Origin: a virus
Taxonomy: Duplodnaviria > Caudoviricetes
Reading direction: 5' to 3' (one strand)
IMG/VR virus record: IMGVR_UViG_3300032305_001455
Span: 1 to 50,953 of that record
Length of the DNA: 50,953 nucleotides
Position numbers and translations under genes: made by a program. Each line of letters opens with the position of its first letter. Within the stretch, counting starts at the first letter, position 1. Shown here in pieces: positions 18,114-26,670 of the stretch. The notes beneath the pieces were generated by a model. That model did no database searches and was not told the DNA's origin. It worked only from the letters and a program-made list of their open reading frames with translations.

Positions 18114-20560
18114 TGGCTGGCGAAACTAGAAAACTCCTTGCCAGCGCGCGCCTGCCGCAACTCGGCGTTCCCGAGCAGTACGGCAAAGGCGTGGGCGTTG
18201 TTGAGACGCTTGCCCCCACAGAGGACGGCGGTCTTGGCATCATTGACAAGGAGTTGGCCCCCGAAAAAGACGTTGCGGCGAGCGCCGAGGTAATAGCCGA
18301 GCGCGCAAGACAAGCCCTGTCCAACTGGCAGGCCGCCAAGGCGGCGAAATCCGGCGTTAACCAAGCCATCAAGCCACTAAATGAGTTGGCTGATCTGGTG
18401 CGCACCGTCGCAGAGACGCACCGCCGCGAGCCAGACACGATTACGGGGCACGTGGCTGGTGCGCTGCTGCGGCTGTCGCCCGACGAGAGGGCGCTGGTGC
18501 TGCGCCGCGCAGGCAGGCCGGAGGTGTTTGAGCCACTGCTGGGCGGAGGGTTGGCAGAGCCGCCTGCCGCGCCCGCGAAAGCCAAGCGCGGTTCGGCAAA
18601 GAAGCAAAAGTTTGCGCAGGCCACAAACGAGGCGGTGGAAAACGCGGGGCCGAGGACACTGCTCGTCCCCAAGCAAGCCGAGCCACCCGCCCCCAAGCGC
18701 GGCGAGGAGCGCGTGGAGGTCGAGCAGCCGGGCACAGATTGGAGCGAGGCGCAAAAGGCGCGCGGATGGAGGCGTGTCACTATCGCGCCTGATGGCCCAC
18801 AGGCTCGCCAACGCAACCTCATTCAGGTTCTAAAGGACGCGCAAGTGCAGGCAACGCGGGGGGGCGTTCTGATTGCCCCCAAGCGAGCGCAAACGCCAGA
18901 GGCGGCCCCCGGCAATAGCGTGCTGGATTTGTTTGGCGGTCTTCTTGACGCCACGGTGACGCGGGACTCGCAGCAAGCGCCTCTAAAAGGAGGCGTGGGC
19001 GACGGCCCGGCCTTGAGCGGCTTGCTCGATGACGAAGAGGGAGCGCGCGCAGCCGCGCGGGCCACGATTAACGCGGAAACCCCCACGTGGGATCGCTCGC
19101 ATCTCGCCGTGTCTGCGCGCCACAGCGCACACATGGTGCGCCCTGACTACCTCAACTCTAAGAACAAAGTGGTCAAGAGCGCCGACACGCACTCGCATTT
19201 CGAGCCAAAGGATGGCGTCACGCCGCTCGACGTTCCGGCGGCGCGCGGCCTTAGCCCCTTGCACGGGATGCTCGACACAGCAGAGCAGCGCCCTCGCGGC
19301 GGCAGCGGCGGCCTGACGCAAGATGACATGGAGTTTTGGGGCATGACAGAGGGTGCCGCAAGCACTCGCGGCACGGCTCGCTCCCGGCTTGCGGGCGATC
19401 AACTTGGGCAACTTGCCAAGGCCGAGGACGCCGCCGAGCAAACCGGGGGCGCTGCCACGCTGCCTCGCGTAGTGCAGCCAAGTCGCGACAGGCGGGCCGC
19501 TGTGGCGGCTTTTGTGGATGAGAACATTGGCACCCTGCCCCGTGGGGTTCGGCTCCCTGCGCTCTACTCTGTATTGCGTGGCTCTCAAAGCAGCACGCAA
19601 GCGGTCAAGGCCGCAAGCCGCTGGCTCGATCAGCAAGACGTTGAACTACGGCGCGCGCTGTATGACGTTGCCATGCCGTCTTCCGGGCCTGACCCAGACA
19701 CGGTGGTTACCACCGGCACTTCCCAAAGGCCGGGCGCTCGCTGGAGCGGCAAGAAACCACTGGAGATTGAGCGCGAGGTGCAGCGGCGCAACCTTGGCGC
19801 TTACGAAAAGGTCATTGTTCCGCTGTACCAGAAGACCGCCCCGGTCAGGAAAGAATATCAGTTTGAGGGCGTGTCGGAGGCTGAAGCCGAGGCATCCGGC
19901 CTATTTAGCGCGCCTATCGACAACGAGGCAACGGTTGACCTTGACCAGATGTTTCCGTGGTGGCGCGCGCCTTTTGCGTTGGTAGACGCAGAAGGCAACT
20001 ATTCATACCCAAATCTGATGCCAAGCGGGCAGCACATTACGGCCATGATCCGCAGCCTGTTTTCCATTGAAGACCCCGATTTCATGGAGCGGATAACGCC
20101 GCTTATTGAGCGGTCGATTGCCGCCGCGCCAGACCAGCCCACTACGCCGGATGCTGCTGCGTACTGGAACGGCGAGCCGTTCCTCGCCAGCCCGTCAATG
20201 GAGAAGGCTGCGCGCGCAGGAGTTGGCTCGCAGGACTACCCGTATCCGGTGTATGGTGAGCGCGCTGTGCAGCGCCCGCCTGCCGCCAAGCCGATTCGCA
20301 ACATCGAAGACCAACTGGGCCGTGATCCCACTGCCGCCTCGCCCGAGGAAGCCGCCGCAGAGGCCGAACTGATGCGGCTCATGGGAGAGGGGGCAGAGGC
20401 CGAAACCCCGGCTCCGCCTCCCGATTCCACTGACGCCGAGCAGCAGGCCATCGAGGAACTGATGCGGTTGATGGGCGAGGGAGACGGCCCCGGAACCACC
20501 GACAGCGCGTCCATATACAAGTTGCCGCAGAACTCCCCCATGCGCTTTCTTTTGGTTTAA
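18113..20560 (+). CDS. Large putative internal virion/ejection protein
   Basis: 815 aa, Ala/Pro-rich, no catalytic motif recognised, in the structural operon. Confidence 0.5.
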   Translation: MAGETRKLLASARLPQLGVPEQYGKGVGVVETLAPTEDGGLGIIDKELAPEKDVAASAEVIAERARQALSNWQAAKAAKSGVNQAIKPLNELADLVRTVAETHRREPDTITGHVAGALLRLSPDERALVLRRAGRPEVFEPLLGGGLAEPPAAPAKAKRGSAKKQKFAQATNEAVENAGPRTLLVPKQAEPPAPKRGEERVEVEQPGTDWSEAQKARGWRRVTIAPDGPQARQRNLIQVLKDAQVQATRGGVLIAPKRAQTPEAAPGNSVLDLFGGLLDATVTRDSQQAPLKGGVGDGPALSGLLDDEEGARAAARATINAETPTWDRSHLAVSARHSAHMVRPDYLNSKNKVVKSADTHSHFEPKDGVTPLDVPAARGLSPLHGMLDTAEQRPRGGSGGLTQDDMEFWGMTEGAASTRGTARSRLAGDQLGQLAKAEDAAEQTGGAATLPRVVQPSRDRRAAVAAFVDENIGTLPRGVRLPALYSVLRGSQSSTQAVKAASRWLDQQDVELRRALYDVAMPSSGPDPDTVVTTGTSQRPGARWSGKKPLEIEREVQRRNLGAYEKVIVPLYQKTAPVRKEYQFEGVSEAEAEASGLFSAPIDNEATVDLDQMFPWWRAPFALVDAEGNYSYPNLMPSGQHITAMIRSLFSIEDPDFMERITPLIERSIAAAPDQPTTPDAAAYWNGEPFLASPSMEKAARAGVGSQDYPYPVYGERAVQRPPAAKPIRNIEDQLGRDPTAASPEEAAAEAELMRLMGEGAEAETPAPPPDSTDAEQQAIEELMRLMGEGDGPGTTDSASIYKLPQNSPMRFLLV
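20366..20482 (+). repeat. Duplicated coding motif ELMRLMGEG
   Basis: GAACTGATGCGGCTCATGGGAGAGGG at 20366 and GAACTGATGCGGTTGATGGGCGAGGG at 20456. Confidence 0.85.
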
Positions 20561-20562
20561 CC

Positions 20563-22146
20563 ATGTCCCAAGCCAGCCTTCGCAAACTGCTTGATTCCGG
20601 CGATTTTCCCAAAAAGCGCGCGGATTTTGACGCCATCGTGGCGGGAGACAGCGACACCTCCAAGCGGCAAATGCTGGAGATGTGGCAAGCCCTGCAAACG
20701 CGAGTAGATGAGGGCGGCGAAGACGCTGAACTAGCGGCCGAGGCGCTGCGAATCGTGCGCGGGGCCGACCCCAAGAATGTCACCAAGGGGTTTGCGGCGC
20801 TGGCCGACGCGCTGTACGCAACCCCGCAAGCCGCAAAGACCGGAAAGGGCGGCGCCGTAGTGTCCGACACCAACCAGAAGGTTGAAAGCGGCAACTTGCC
20901 CGAACGGGCGGGCGACGAAGACCTCTTGGAAGACCCTCCGGCCCTGTCCGATGACGAACTGCTCACACAAAACGACATGGGGCCGGGCTACAAGTGGCAA
21001 TACGAGGGACAGCGCGAGGACACGCTGAAGGACTTGCGCGCAGCCGCAGCCAAAACGAAAGCAGCCGCCACATCCAAAAAAACACGCGGCGCGGCTGGCA
21101 AGCAGAAACCCAACCCCCCCCAGAAGCCTGCCCAAAAGCCTGCCGCCGAGAAGCCTGCCGCCGAGAAGCCTGCTGACCCAGTTTCTGCGGCCGTAGCCGA
21201 CATGGAGGGGCTTGGCGATTCTGCGCCGCAGCAGCCCGCTGCGTGGGAAAACAAGCGCGCTTACGATCCGTTCGACATTAATGATGTTTTCGCTCCTCGA
21301 TCGGCCGAGCAGCGCGCGCGGGTGGCTGCTATCGCGCCAGAGCAGTGGCGCGAGTTCATGGGCCAGCCCGCTATGCCCGCGAGCATGCCTGCGACGATGC
21401 ACCCTGACCCATTTGGCGTTCCGCAGCAGCCGTTTGGCTACCGTAGTCCCGGTGCGATTCAGCGAGCAGAATCGATCACGCCCGAGCAATGGCAATCGTT
21501 TATGAACAACGAGCCGCCTCCCCCGCCCGACGCACCGCCGCCGCCGGACGAGCCGCCGCCCCCTGACGCACCGCCGCCGTTTGGCTACCGTAGTCCCGAG
21601 GCTATTCAGCGGGCAGAGGCGATCACGCCCGAGCAATGGCAATCGTTTATGAACAACGAGCCGGTACAGCCTGCAACCGAGCAGGCGAACCCATTCGACT
21701 ATCAGCCTCCGCCGTTTGGCTACCGCACAGCGCGGCAGATTGCGGACGCCGAGGCGATCACGCCCGCGCAGTGGCAGTCTTTTATGGGCGAAAGCCCCGA
21801 CCCCTTCGCGAAGACTGGCGGCGGAGGCGGCAGCGGCCAAGGCAAAGCCGTTGACGGCAGCGCAGAACCCGGCGAGCGCCCAAGGCATGCGTTCAAAAGT
21901 CGCGCCCCACAGTTTTTGCGGAGAATGGGGGCCGATGTGATCACCGGCTCTGGCGAGCGTATTGCCGACTACCTACTCCCGCTTGCGGTGCTTGGCGGGG
22001 TTGGTGCCGCAGGGTACGCCATGCTGCCGGGCACGCCCCAGCCTTCACCGGAGCAGGCCAGCGAACGAGAAGAGCGCCGCCGCATGGCGCGTCAGCGGGC
22101 CGAAGAAGCCGCTCAATCCATCTATATGCCGCCGCCCGGCCAGTAA
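20563..22146 (+). CDS. Repeat-containing putative virion protein with C-terminal hydrophobic segment
   Basis: 527 aa with internal repeats and a TM-like segment LLPLAVLGGVGAAGYAML. Confidence 0.55.
   Translation: MSQASLRKLLDSGDFPKKRADFDAIVAGDSDTSKRQMLEMWQALQTRVDEGGEDAELAAEALRIVRGADPKNVTKGFAALADALYATPQAAKTGKGGAVVSDTNQKVESGNLPERAGDEDLLEDPPALSDDELLTQNDMGPGYKWQYEGQREDTLKDLRAAAAKTKAAATSKKTRGAAGKQKPNPPQKPAQKPAAEKPAAEKPADPVSAAVADMEGLGDSAPQQPAAWENKRAYDPFDINDVFAPRSAEQRARVAAIAPEQWREFMGQPAMPASMPATMHPDPFGVPQQPFGYRSPGAIQRAESITPEQWQSFMNNEPPPPPDAPPPPDEPPPPDAPPPFGYRSPEAIQRAEAITPEQWQSFMNNEPVQPATEQANPFDYQPPPFGYRTARQIADAEAITPAQWQSFMGESPDPFAKTGGGGGSGQGKAVDGSAEPGERPRHAFKSRAPQFLRRMGADVITGSGERIADYLLPLAVLGGVGAAGYAMLPGTPQPSPEQASEREERRRMARQRAEEAAQSIYMPPPGQ
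21121..21174 (+). repeat. Short tandem coding repeat (QKPA/AEKPA)
   Basis: AAGCCTGC occurs four times at 12-15 nt spacing. Confidence 0.85.
21289..21795 (+). repeat. Four copies of a ~29-aa coding repeat (PFGYRS...AI(T/A)PEQWQSFM)
   Basis: Near-identical DNA copies at ~21429-21516 and ~21576-21663. More diverged copies at ~21289-21369 and ~21711-21790. Confidence 0.9.
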
Positions 22147-22156
22147 GGAGTAGCAC

Positions 22157-22501
22157 GTGCAACATATTGCCCGCTTCAACGACAGAACCAACACCAGTGT
22201 CGTGTTCACCGCAACGCAGGCATCGACGGGCGGATTCCAGTTCGCCATGCACAGCGGGGCAATGCTGCAAGTGACGGCCACCTCTACCGGGAGTCCGGTG
22301 GTACTCACGTTTGGCACGCGCCCCAACGCCGCATCCACGCAGTTCTTCACCGCTGCGGACAGCAGCAACAGTCCGGTCACGCTAACCGTGCAGGCAGACC
22401 GCTGCTATGCCGTGCCGGATGCGGTGTTCGCGGCGACGTATGTCACGGCGACTGCGGCGGCGGGTGCGACTGTCACGTGCAACGTCTATCTCAAGGGCTG
22501 A
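22157..22501 (+). CDS. Small beta-rich virion/tail protein
   Basis: GTG start with TAAGGAG RBS; T/A/V-rich. Confidence 0.6.
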   Translation: MQHIARFNDRTNTSVVFTATQASTGGFQFAMHSGAMLQVTATSTGSPVVLTFGTRPNAASTQFFTAADSSNSPVTLTVQADRCYAVPDAVFAATYVTATAAAGATVTCNVYLKG

Positions 22502-22505
22502 CCCG

Positions 22506-23390
22506 ATGCCAGAAGCGGTCAAGATTTCGCAACTGCCGGTGCTGTCTTCGGTACAGCCCGGCGACATCGTGCCGATTGTTGACGCTGGCATCACGCAGAC
22601 CAGCCGCTGCACGGCCAGCCAGATCGCCGCGCTGGGTGGCGGCGCGCCCGGAGCGAACACGGTCAACTCGACGCACCTTCAGGACGGCGCTGTCACGGCG
22701 GCCAAGGTGCAGTTCACCGGCCCGGACAAACTCATCAGCCGCACGCTGGCCGGGGCGGGCATCGGGGCAGAGATTGTTTGCACCTCATACGCACGCGGGC
22801 TGCTTGCCACCGCCAACGGGCCTGATGCGCGTGCGTACCTCGATGCCCTCCAAACGCTGAACAACCCAGCGTTTACTGGTCAGGTGTTCGTGCCAGCGGG
22901 TTCCGCGAACATGCCGTCGTACACCTTCACGGGTGACACGAACACCGGCATGTTTTCGCCTGCCGCTGACAACATCGCGCTTGCAACCAACGGCGTGGCG
23001 CGGCTGACTATCAACTCCACTGGGGTGATTCAGGCCGAGTTGGCTGGCACCGACACGCTGTACAACGCCAAGTTTGTTCGTGCGTTCCTGCACCTCAACG
23101 GCACGGCCACGCCACCGGCTGCGCACACGGGCGGCAACTTTGGGTTTGCCTCCATTGCCCGCACTGTCGGCCAGCCCAACGGAAACTATGTCGTGACGTT
23201 TTCGACCGCCATGCCAGACACAAACTACGTGCCGTTTGTGTCGGCCAACGTCGGCGCGGCGGTGTTCACGGTGACCAGCAAAAACACAACCGACTTCACA
23301 TTCCACCTGCGCGAATGGGACTTCAACGCTGGCAACCCCCGGTGGGTCTACACCGACTACAACAGCATCAATGTCGTGGTAATCCGGTAA
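22506..23390 (+). CDS. Tail fibre protein
   Basis: N-terminal KISQLP anchor motif, GAVTAAK, PSYTFTGDTNTGMFSPAADNIALATNG and C-terminal GNYVVTFSTAMPDTNY, all familiar from phage fibres. Confidence 0.8.
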   Translation: MPEAVKISQLPVLSSVQPGDIVPIVDAGITQTSRCTASQIAALGGGAPGANTVNSTHLQDGAVTAAKVQFTGPDKLISRTLAGAGIGAEIVCTSYARGLLATANGPDARAYLDALQTLNNPAFTGQVFVPAGSANMPSYTFTGDTNTGMFSPAADNIALATNGVARLTINSTGVIQAELAGTDTLYNAKFVRAFLHLNGTATPPAAHTGGNFGFASIARTVGQPNGNYVVTFSTAMPDTNYVPFVSANVGAAVFTVTSKNTTDFTFHLREWDFNAGNPRWVYTDYNSINVVVIR

Positions 23391-23394
23391 CCAA

Positions 23395-23937
23395 ATGATT
23401 ATTGCTTACACACAGGACGGGGCGCTTGCGCTCGTCAACCATCTCGCGGACTCCGGCATGAGCATTGAAGCGCTTGCCGACATCGTGGTGCCGGAAGGGC
23501 TTCAGCACTACATCATCGACCCCGCCGCACTGCCGGAGGACTCCACTTACAGCGCGGCGTGGGTGCTTGATCTCTCCAGCGGCTACCCCACCATCGTCGT
23601 GGACGAGGCAAAGAAGGCCGCCATCGACCGGCAGATCGCCTTGCGTGCGCTGGAGGAATGGTTCCAAGCGCAGATCGCCGCCGGGTTTACCACGGCGGAT
23701 GGCTGGGTAATGGGGATGGAGCAGTCGGATGTGACGCTCCTCACCGGGAACTACGTTCTCGCCAAGGAGTCTGCCGCGATGGGCGGGCCGATCCCGCCAG
23801 TGGTGGACAAGGACGGCCTGCCGCATCCGTTCGATGACATCACCGACCTCACCATGCTGATGCTGGCCTACGGTCAGCACCGCGCGGAGATCAGCGCCGA
23901 GTACGCCACCCGCCGGGCGGAAATCGTAGGAGGCTGA
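23395..23937 (+). CDS. Tail fibre assembly/chaperone-like protein (DUF4376-like C-terminal half)
   Basis: Follows the fibre gene. VPEGLQHYIID...LP...AW pattern. C-terminal half is paralogous to 24425..24880. Confidence 0.55.
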   Translation: MIIAYTQDGALALVNHLADSGMSIEALADIVVPEGLQHYIIDPAALPEDSTYSAAWVLDLSSGYPTIVVDEAKKAAIDRQIALRALEEWFQAQIAAGFTTADGWVMGMEQSDVTLLTGNYVLAKESAAMGGPIPPVVDKDGLPHPFDDITDLTMLMLAYGQHRAEISAEYATRRAEIVGG

Positions 23938-23940
23938 CCC

Positions 23941-24060
23941 ATGCCGATGAGTCCTCGACTCCTGCGCCCGATTGCGATTGCTACTGCTGTAGCGTTACCG
24001 CTATCGACAAGCCTCTGGAAAGCCGAAACCCTTACACCCGTCTACCACTGGAGCATGTGA
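23941..24060 (+). CDS. 39-aa microprotein MPMSPRLLRPIAIATAVALPLSTSLWKAETLTPVYHWSM
   Basis: Hand-translated. AGGAGG RBS upstream. Fills the gap with 3-nt spacing to both neighbours. Below the ORF-track cutoff. Confidence 0.65.
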   Translation: MPMSPRLLRPIAIATAVALPLSTSLWKAETLTPVYHWSM

Positions 24061-24063
24061 GTC

Positions 24064-24423
24064 ATGGCCGCGCCGAACGTCAACAGCCCGACCAAGGTCG
24101 AGTTCAAGAGTACCCGCCTTGCCGCCACGACTTCCTCGCAGACCATCGTGTCATGCGGTGCGAGCAGCAACATGGCGATCCGCGTCGTGTCGCTGATCGC
24201 AGCGAACATCGACGGGACGAACGTCGCTGATGTGACCGTGACCACCACGGACGGCACGAACTCGCACGCTATCGTCAGCACGGTGGCTGTTCCCGCCGAC
24301 GCCTCGCTCGTCATCGTGTCCCGCGAAAATCCGATTCATCTCCCCGAGGGCTGGGCACTCGCCGGTCTGGCGAGCGCGAGTGGAGACATTGTTTTCACCA
24401 CCGCGCATGAGGAGATCACCTGA
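24064..24423 (+). CDS. Conserved small tail-region beta protein
   Basis: MAAPN...ANIDGTN.ADVTV...STVAVPADASLV...EEI pattern, recalled from aquatic phage tail cassettes. Confidence 0.65.
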   Translation: MAAPNVNSPTKVEFKSTRLAATTSSQTIVSCGASSNMAIRVVSLIAANIDGTNVADVTVTTTDGTNSHAIVSTVAVPADASLVIVSRENPIHLPEGWALAGLASASGDIVFTTAHEEIT

Positions 24424-24424
24424 G

Positions 24425-24880
24425 ATGCCATCCATCAACGACCCCTGCTGGCGTGACGCTTCCGGCGCGGCTGCGCTGGAACTGCCGTTTCGGGTGCAGT
24501 TGCCTGACGGCAGCACGCGGACTGATCCTACGCAGTGGAGCGCTGATCCCGACATTCTCGCCGCTACCGGCTGGTCACGATCCACGCTGACGCAGGCCGA
24601 CCTCGACGCGCTGTTTCCGCCGCCGCCGGAGCCGTCGTGGCTGGAAGCGGGATATGAGACGCCGGAAGGCTGGCGGCTTGGTTGGCAGGCCAACGATGTG
24701 GCCCTGCTTACGGGGTTGTACGTGCTTGCTGCGCGGGCCAATCAGTTGGGGGTGACACAGCCCTGCGTGGTAACTGATATGGCGGGCGAGCGGCATACGC
24801 TGACGTTCGCAGCGTTTGAGGCGCTGATGCTGGGTTACGGTGCGGCAAGGGCGGCGGCGTCCGCTGACGGTGGCGCATGA
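24425..24880 (+). CDS. Tail fibre chaperone-like protein (paralogue of 23395..23937)
   Basis: Shares AG[FY]xTxxGW, DVxLLTGxYVLA and LMLxYGxxRA with the 23395 product. Confidence 0.6.
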   Translation: MPSINDPCWRDASGAAALELPFRVQLPDGSTRTDPTQWSADPDILAATGWSRSTLTQADLDALFPPPPEPSWLEAGYETPEGWRLGWQANDVALLTGLYVLAARANQLGVTQPCVVTDMAGERHTLTFAAFEALMLGYGAARAAASADGGA

Positions 24881-25539
24881 AGCCCATTGCAGGCTACATC
24901 GGATTCAACCGCGAACCTCGCGGCTCGCCGGTCGCCAGTGGCGTGTGGGGGCTGCGCGATACACCCGTTATTCAAATACCATTCCTGTCAGACACGTTCG
25001 CCGGGTCTGCGGGCGTTCTACTGTCTTCTGTATCGCACTCTCCGCGATGGGGAGACTATGTGGTTGAAGACCTCCCCAGCAGTCTCGCTCGCTCCGGCTC
25101 ATCGTCTGCTGTTCGCGGAACGAATGACGCCTACAACAACTCCGGCAGCGTCTTGCACACAGGCAGGACGAACTTTTATGCCCAATGCGTGGTGGGTGCG
25201 GTTGGGAGTTTTGCCGTGCTGGCGCGGACAACGGCTTATGACGAGTATCCGGGTAACTACCACATTGGGTATGGATTGCACGTAACCGCGACAAATAACG
25301 CATCCCTGTACCGCAATGCGCAGTACAGCAGCACTACGTTGACCAGTACATCGATTCCGACGATGCGGGTCGGCGACACGTTTGGCATCCGCGTGAACGG
25401 CTCCACGATCACCGGGTTTTACAACAACGCTCAAATCCTGTCCGTTGTCAACAGCGACTTTTCGCATGGCACCTACACCGGATTGCTCCTCGGCCCGGCG
25501 CCCGCAAGTGCTTCTCGGTTTGATGTTTTCGCTGTGTAG
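24877..25539 (+). CDS. Putative receptor-binding/tail accessory protein (beta-sandwich)
   Basis: N-terminal GYIG...SGVW motif. C-terminal GDTFGIRVNGSTITGFYN resembles a ConA-like sandwich. Confidence 0.55.
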   Translation: MKPIAGYIGFNREPRGSPVASGVWGLRDTPVIQIPFLSDTFAGSAGVLLSSVSHSPRWGDYVVEDLPSSLARSGSSSAVRGTNDAYNNSGSVLHTGRTNFYAQCVVGAVGSFAVLARTTAYDEYPGNYHIGYGLHVTATNNASLYRNAQYSSTTLTSTSIPTMRVGDTFGIRVNGSTITGFYNNAQILSVVNSDFSHGTYTGLLLGPAPASASRFDVFAV

Positions 25540-25552
25540 CAGGGGGTGACGA

Positions 25553-26608
25553 ATGCGAGGACGCGCGGGATTTATCGGCCACTCTGTGTCTCCTGCCATG
25601 TTCGCGGGCGCGGGCGGCATGTGGAATATCCGCGAGGCCGAATCTTTGCGGCGCGATTCACGGTGGTCGCTAATCCGCCCCATTGTGTCGGACGCCTTTA
25701 CCGCCAGCAATGGAACTGCGTTGTCTGCTCGCAGCCCTAATGTGCTACAGCCCGGCGCGTCTGGATGGCAGAACCAGTTTGGCACTGCCGCGATAACCGG
25801 GAATCAAGCCTGCTTCACTTCCTACTCTTACTACGGAGTGTTCGGTGCGCATAATACCGGACTCGCCACCGTCAATGCCAACACCGCCAACTGCGTAGTG
25901 CGCTCCCGTGTGAAGTGGGGCGACAACGGATACGGCTACGGGTTTGGCGGCCTTATCCTGCGCTATCAGGACAGCAACAACTTTCTCGTCGCCCTGTCTG
26001 ATTATGCAGCAACCAACTGCGCAAAGTTTATAGTGGCGCAAGTGCAGAACGGGTCGGTATCGATTCTGGCTGATTCGACTACGCGCGGCTCGTGTCTAGG
26101 CGGTCGCACAGGCCAGACAGGTGAGATTTGCATCGCGATGAACGGCAGCGCCATTTACGCAGATTTCATAGCGAACATCAGTAACGCGGTTACGCACACA
26201 TTCAACTTCTCTTCTAACGTCGGACTGTCGGCTACGCGGCATGGCATCTACACCATCGACATTCACGGCAATGCGCGATGGGATGATTTTTCCGTGCAGC
26301 CATTCCGGCTCCCGCCCCTGACCGTGCCGGGCGCGCCGACGATCACTAATGCGTACTACGACGCCGCGAATGACTGTACGTTTGTTGTCTACGCCTTTCC
26401 CGTTAACGATGGCGGCACGCGGATCACTGACTACAACTTTTTCTTCGACGGGACTCTCGTGTCACCGACTTCCAACGCACTCGAAACGGTCTTCGTGGGC
26501 CACGGGCTGGCGAGGATCGAGCAGGACTATCAAGGGGCAGCCGCAACTGTGTCCGCGACCAGCAGTTTTGGGCAAGGCCCGCAAAGCATCCCGTTCTCGG
26601 TTTCGTGA
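25553..26608 (+). CDS. Putative receptor-binding protein with C-terminal fibronectin type III-like domain
   Basis: N-terminal GFIG...GGMW motif, GLILRYQDSNNF beta domain and VPGAPTI...NDGGTRITDY FN3 signature. Confidence 0.6.
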   Translation: MRGRAGFIGHSVSPAMFAGAGGMWNIREAESLRRDSRWSLIRPIVSDAFTASNGTALSARSPNVLQPGASGWQNQFGTAAITGNQACFTSYSYYGVFGAHNTGLATVNANTANCVVRSRVKWGDNGYGYGFGGLILRYQDSNNFLVALSDYAATNCAKFIVAQVQNGSVSILADSTTRGSCLGGRTGQTGEICIAMNGSAIYADFIANISNAVTHTFNFSSNVGLSATRHGIYTIDIHGNARWDDFSVQPFRLPPLTVPGAPTITNAYYDAANDCTFVVYAFPVNDGGTRITDYNFFFDGTLVSPTSNALETVFVGHGLARIEQDYQGAAATVSATSSFGQGPQSIPFSVS

Positions 26609-26670
26609 TAACTGCCGGAAACCTGCACAACTACGGCCCGGCGCGGCCATAAGCACGTTGAGGTAACCAC

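Noticed and set aside
21289-21795. CRISPR array
   Set aside because: The repeats are in-frame coding units about 87 nt long with synonymous changes and no unique spacers of regular length. No cas genes.
2077-21888. Long antisense ORFs (2077..3105, 4507..5658, 11080..12546, 14905..16140, 20731..21888)
   Set aside because: They are shadows of GC-rich sense genes with no recognisable motifs.
22506-26608. Diversity-generating retroelement acting on tail fibres
   Set aside because: No reverse transcriptase and no TR/VR pair differing at adenines was seen.
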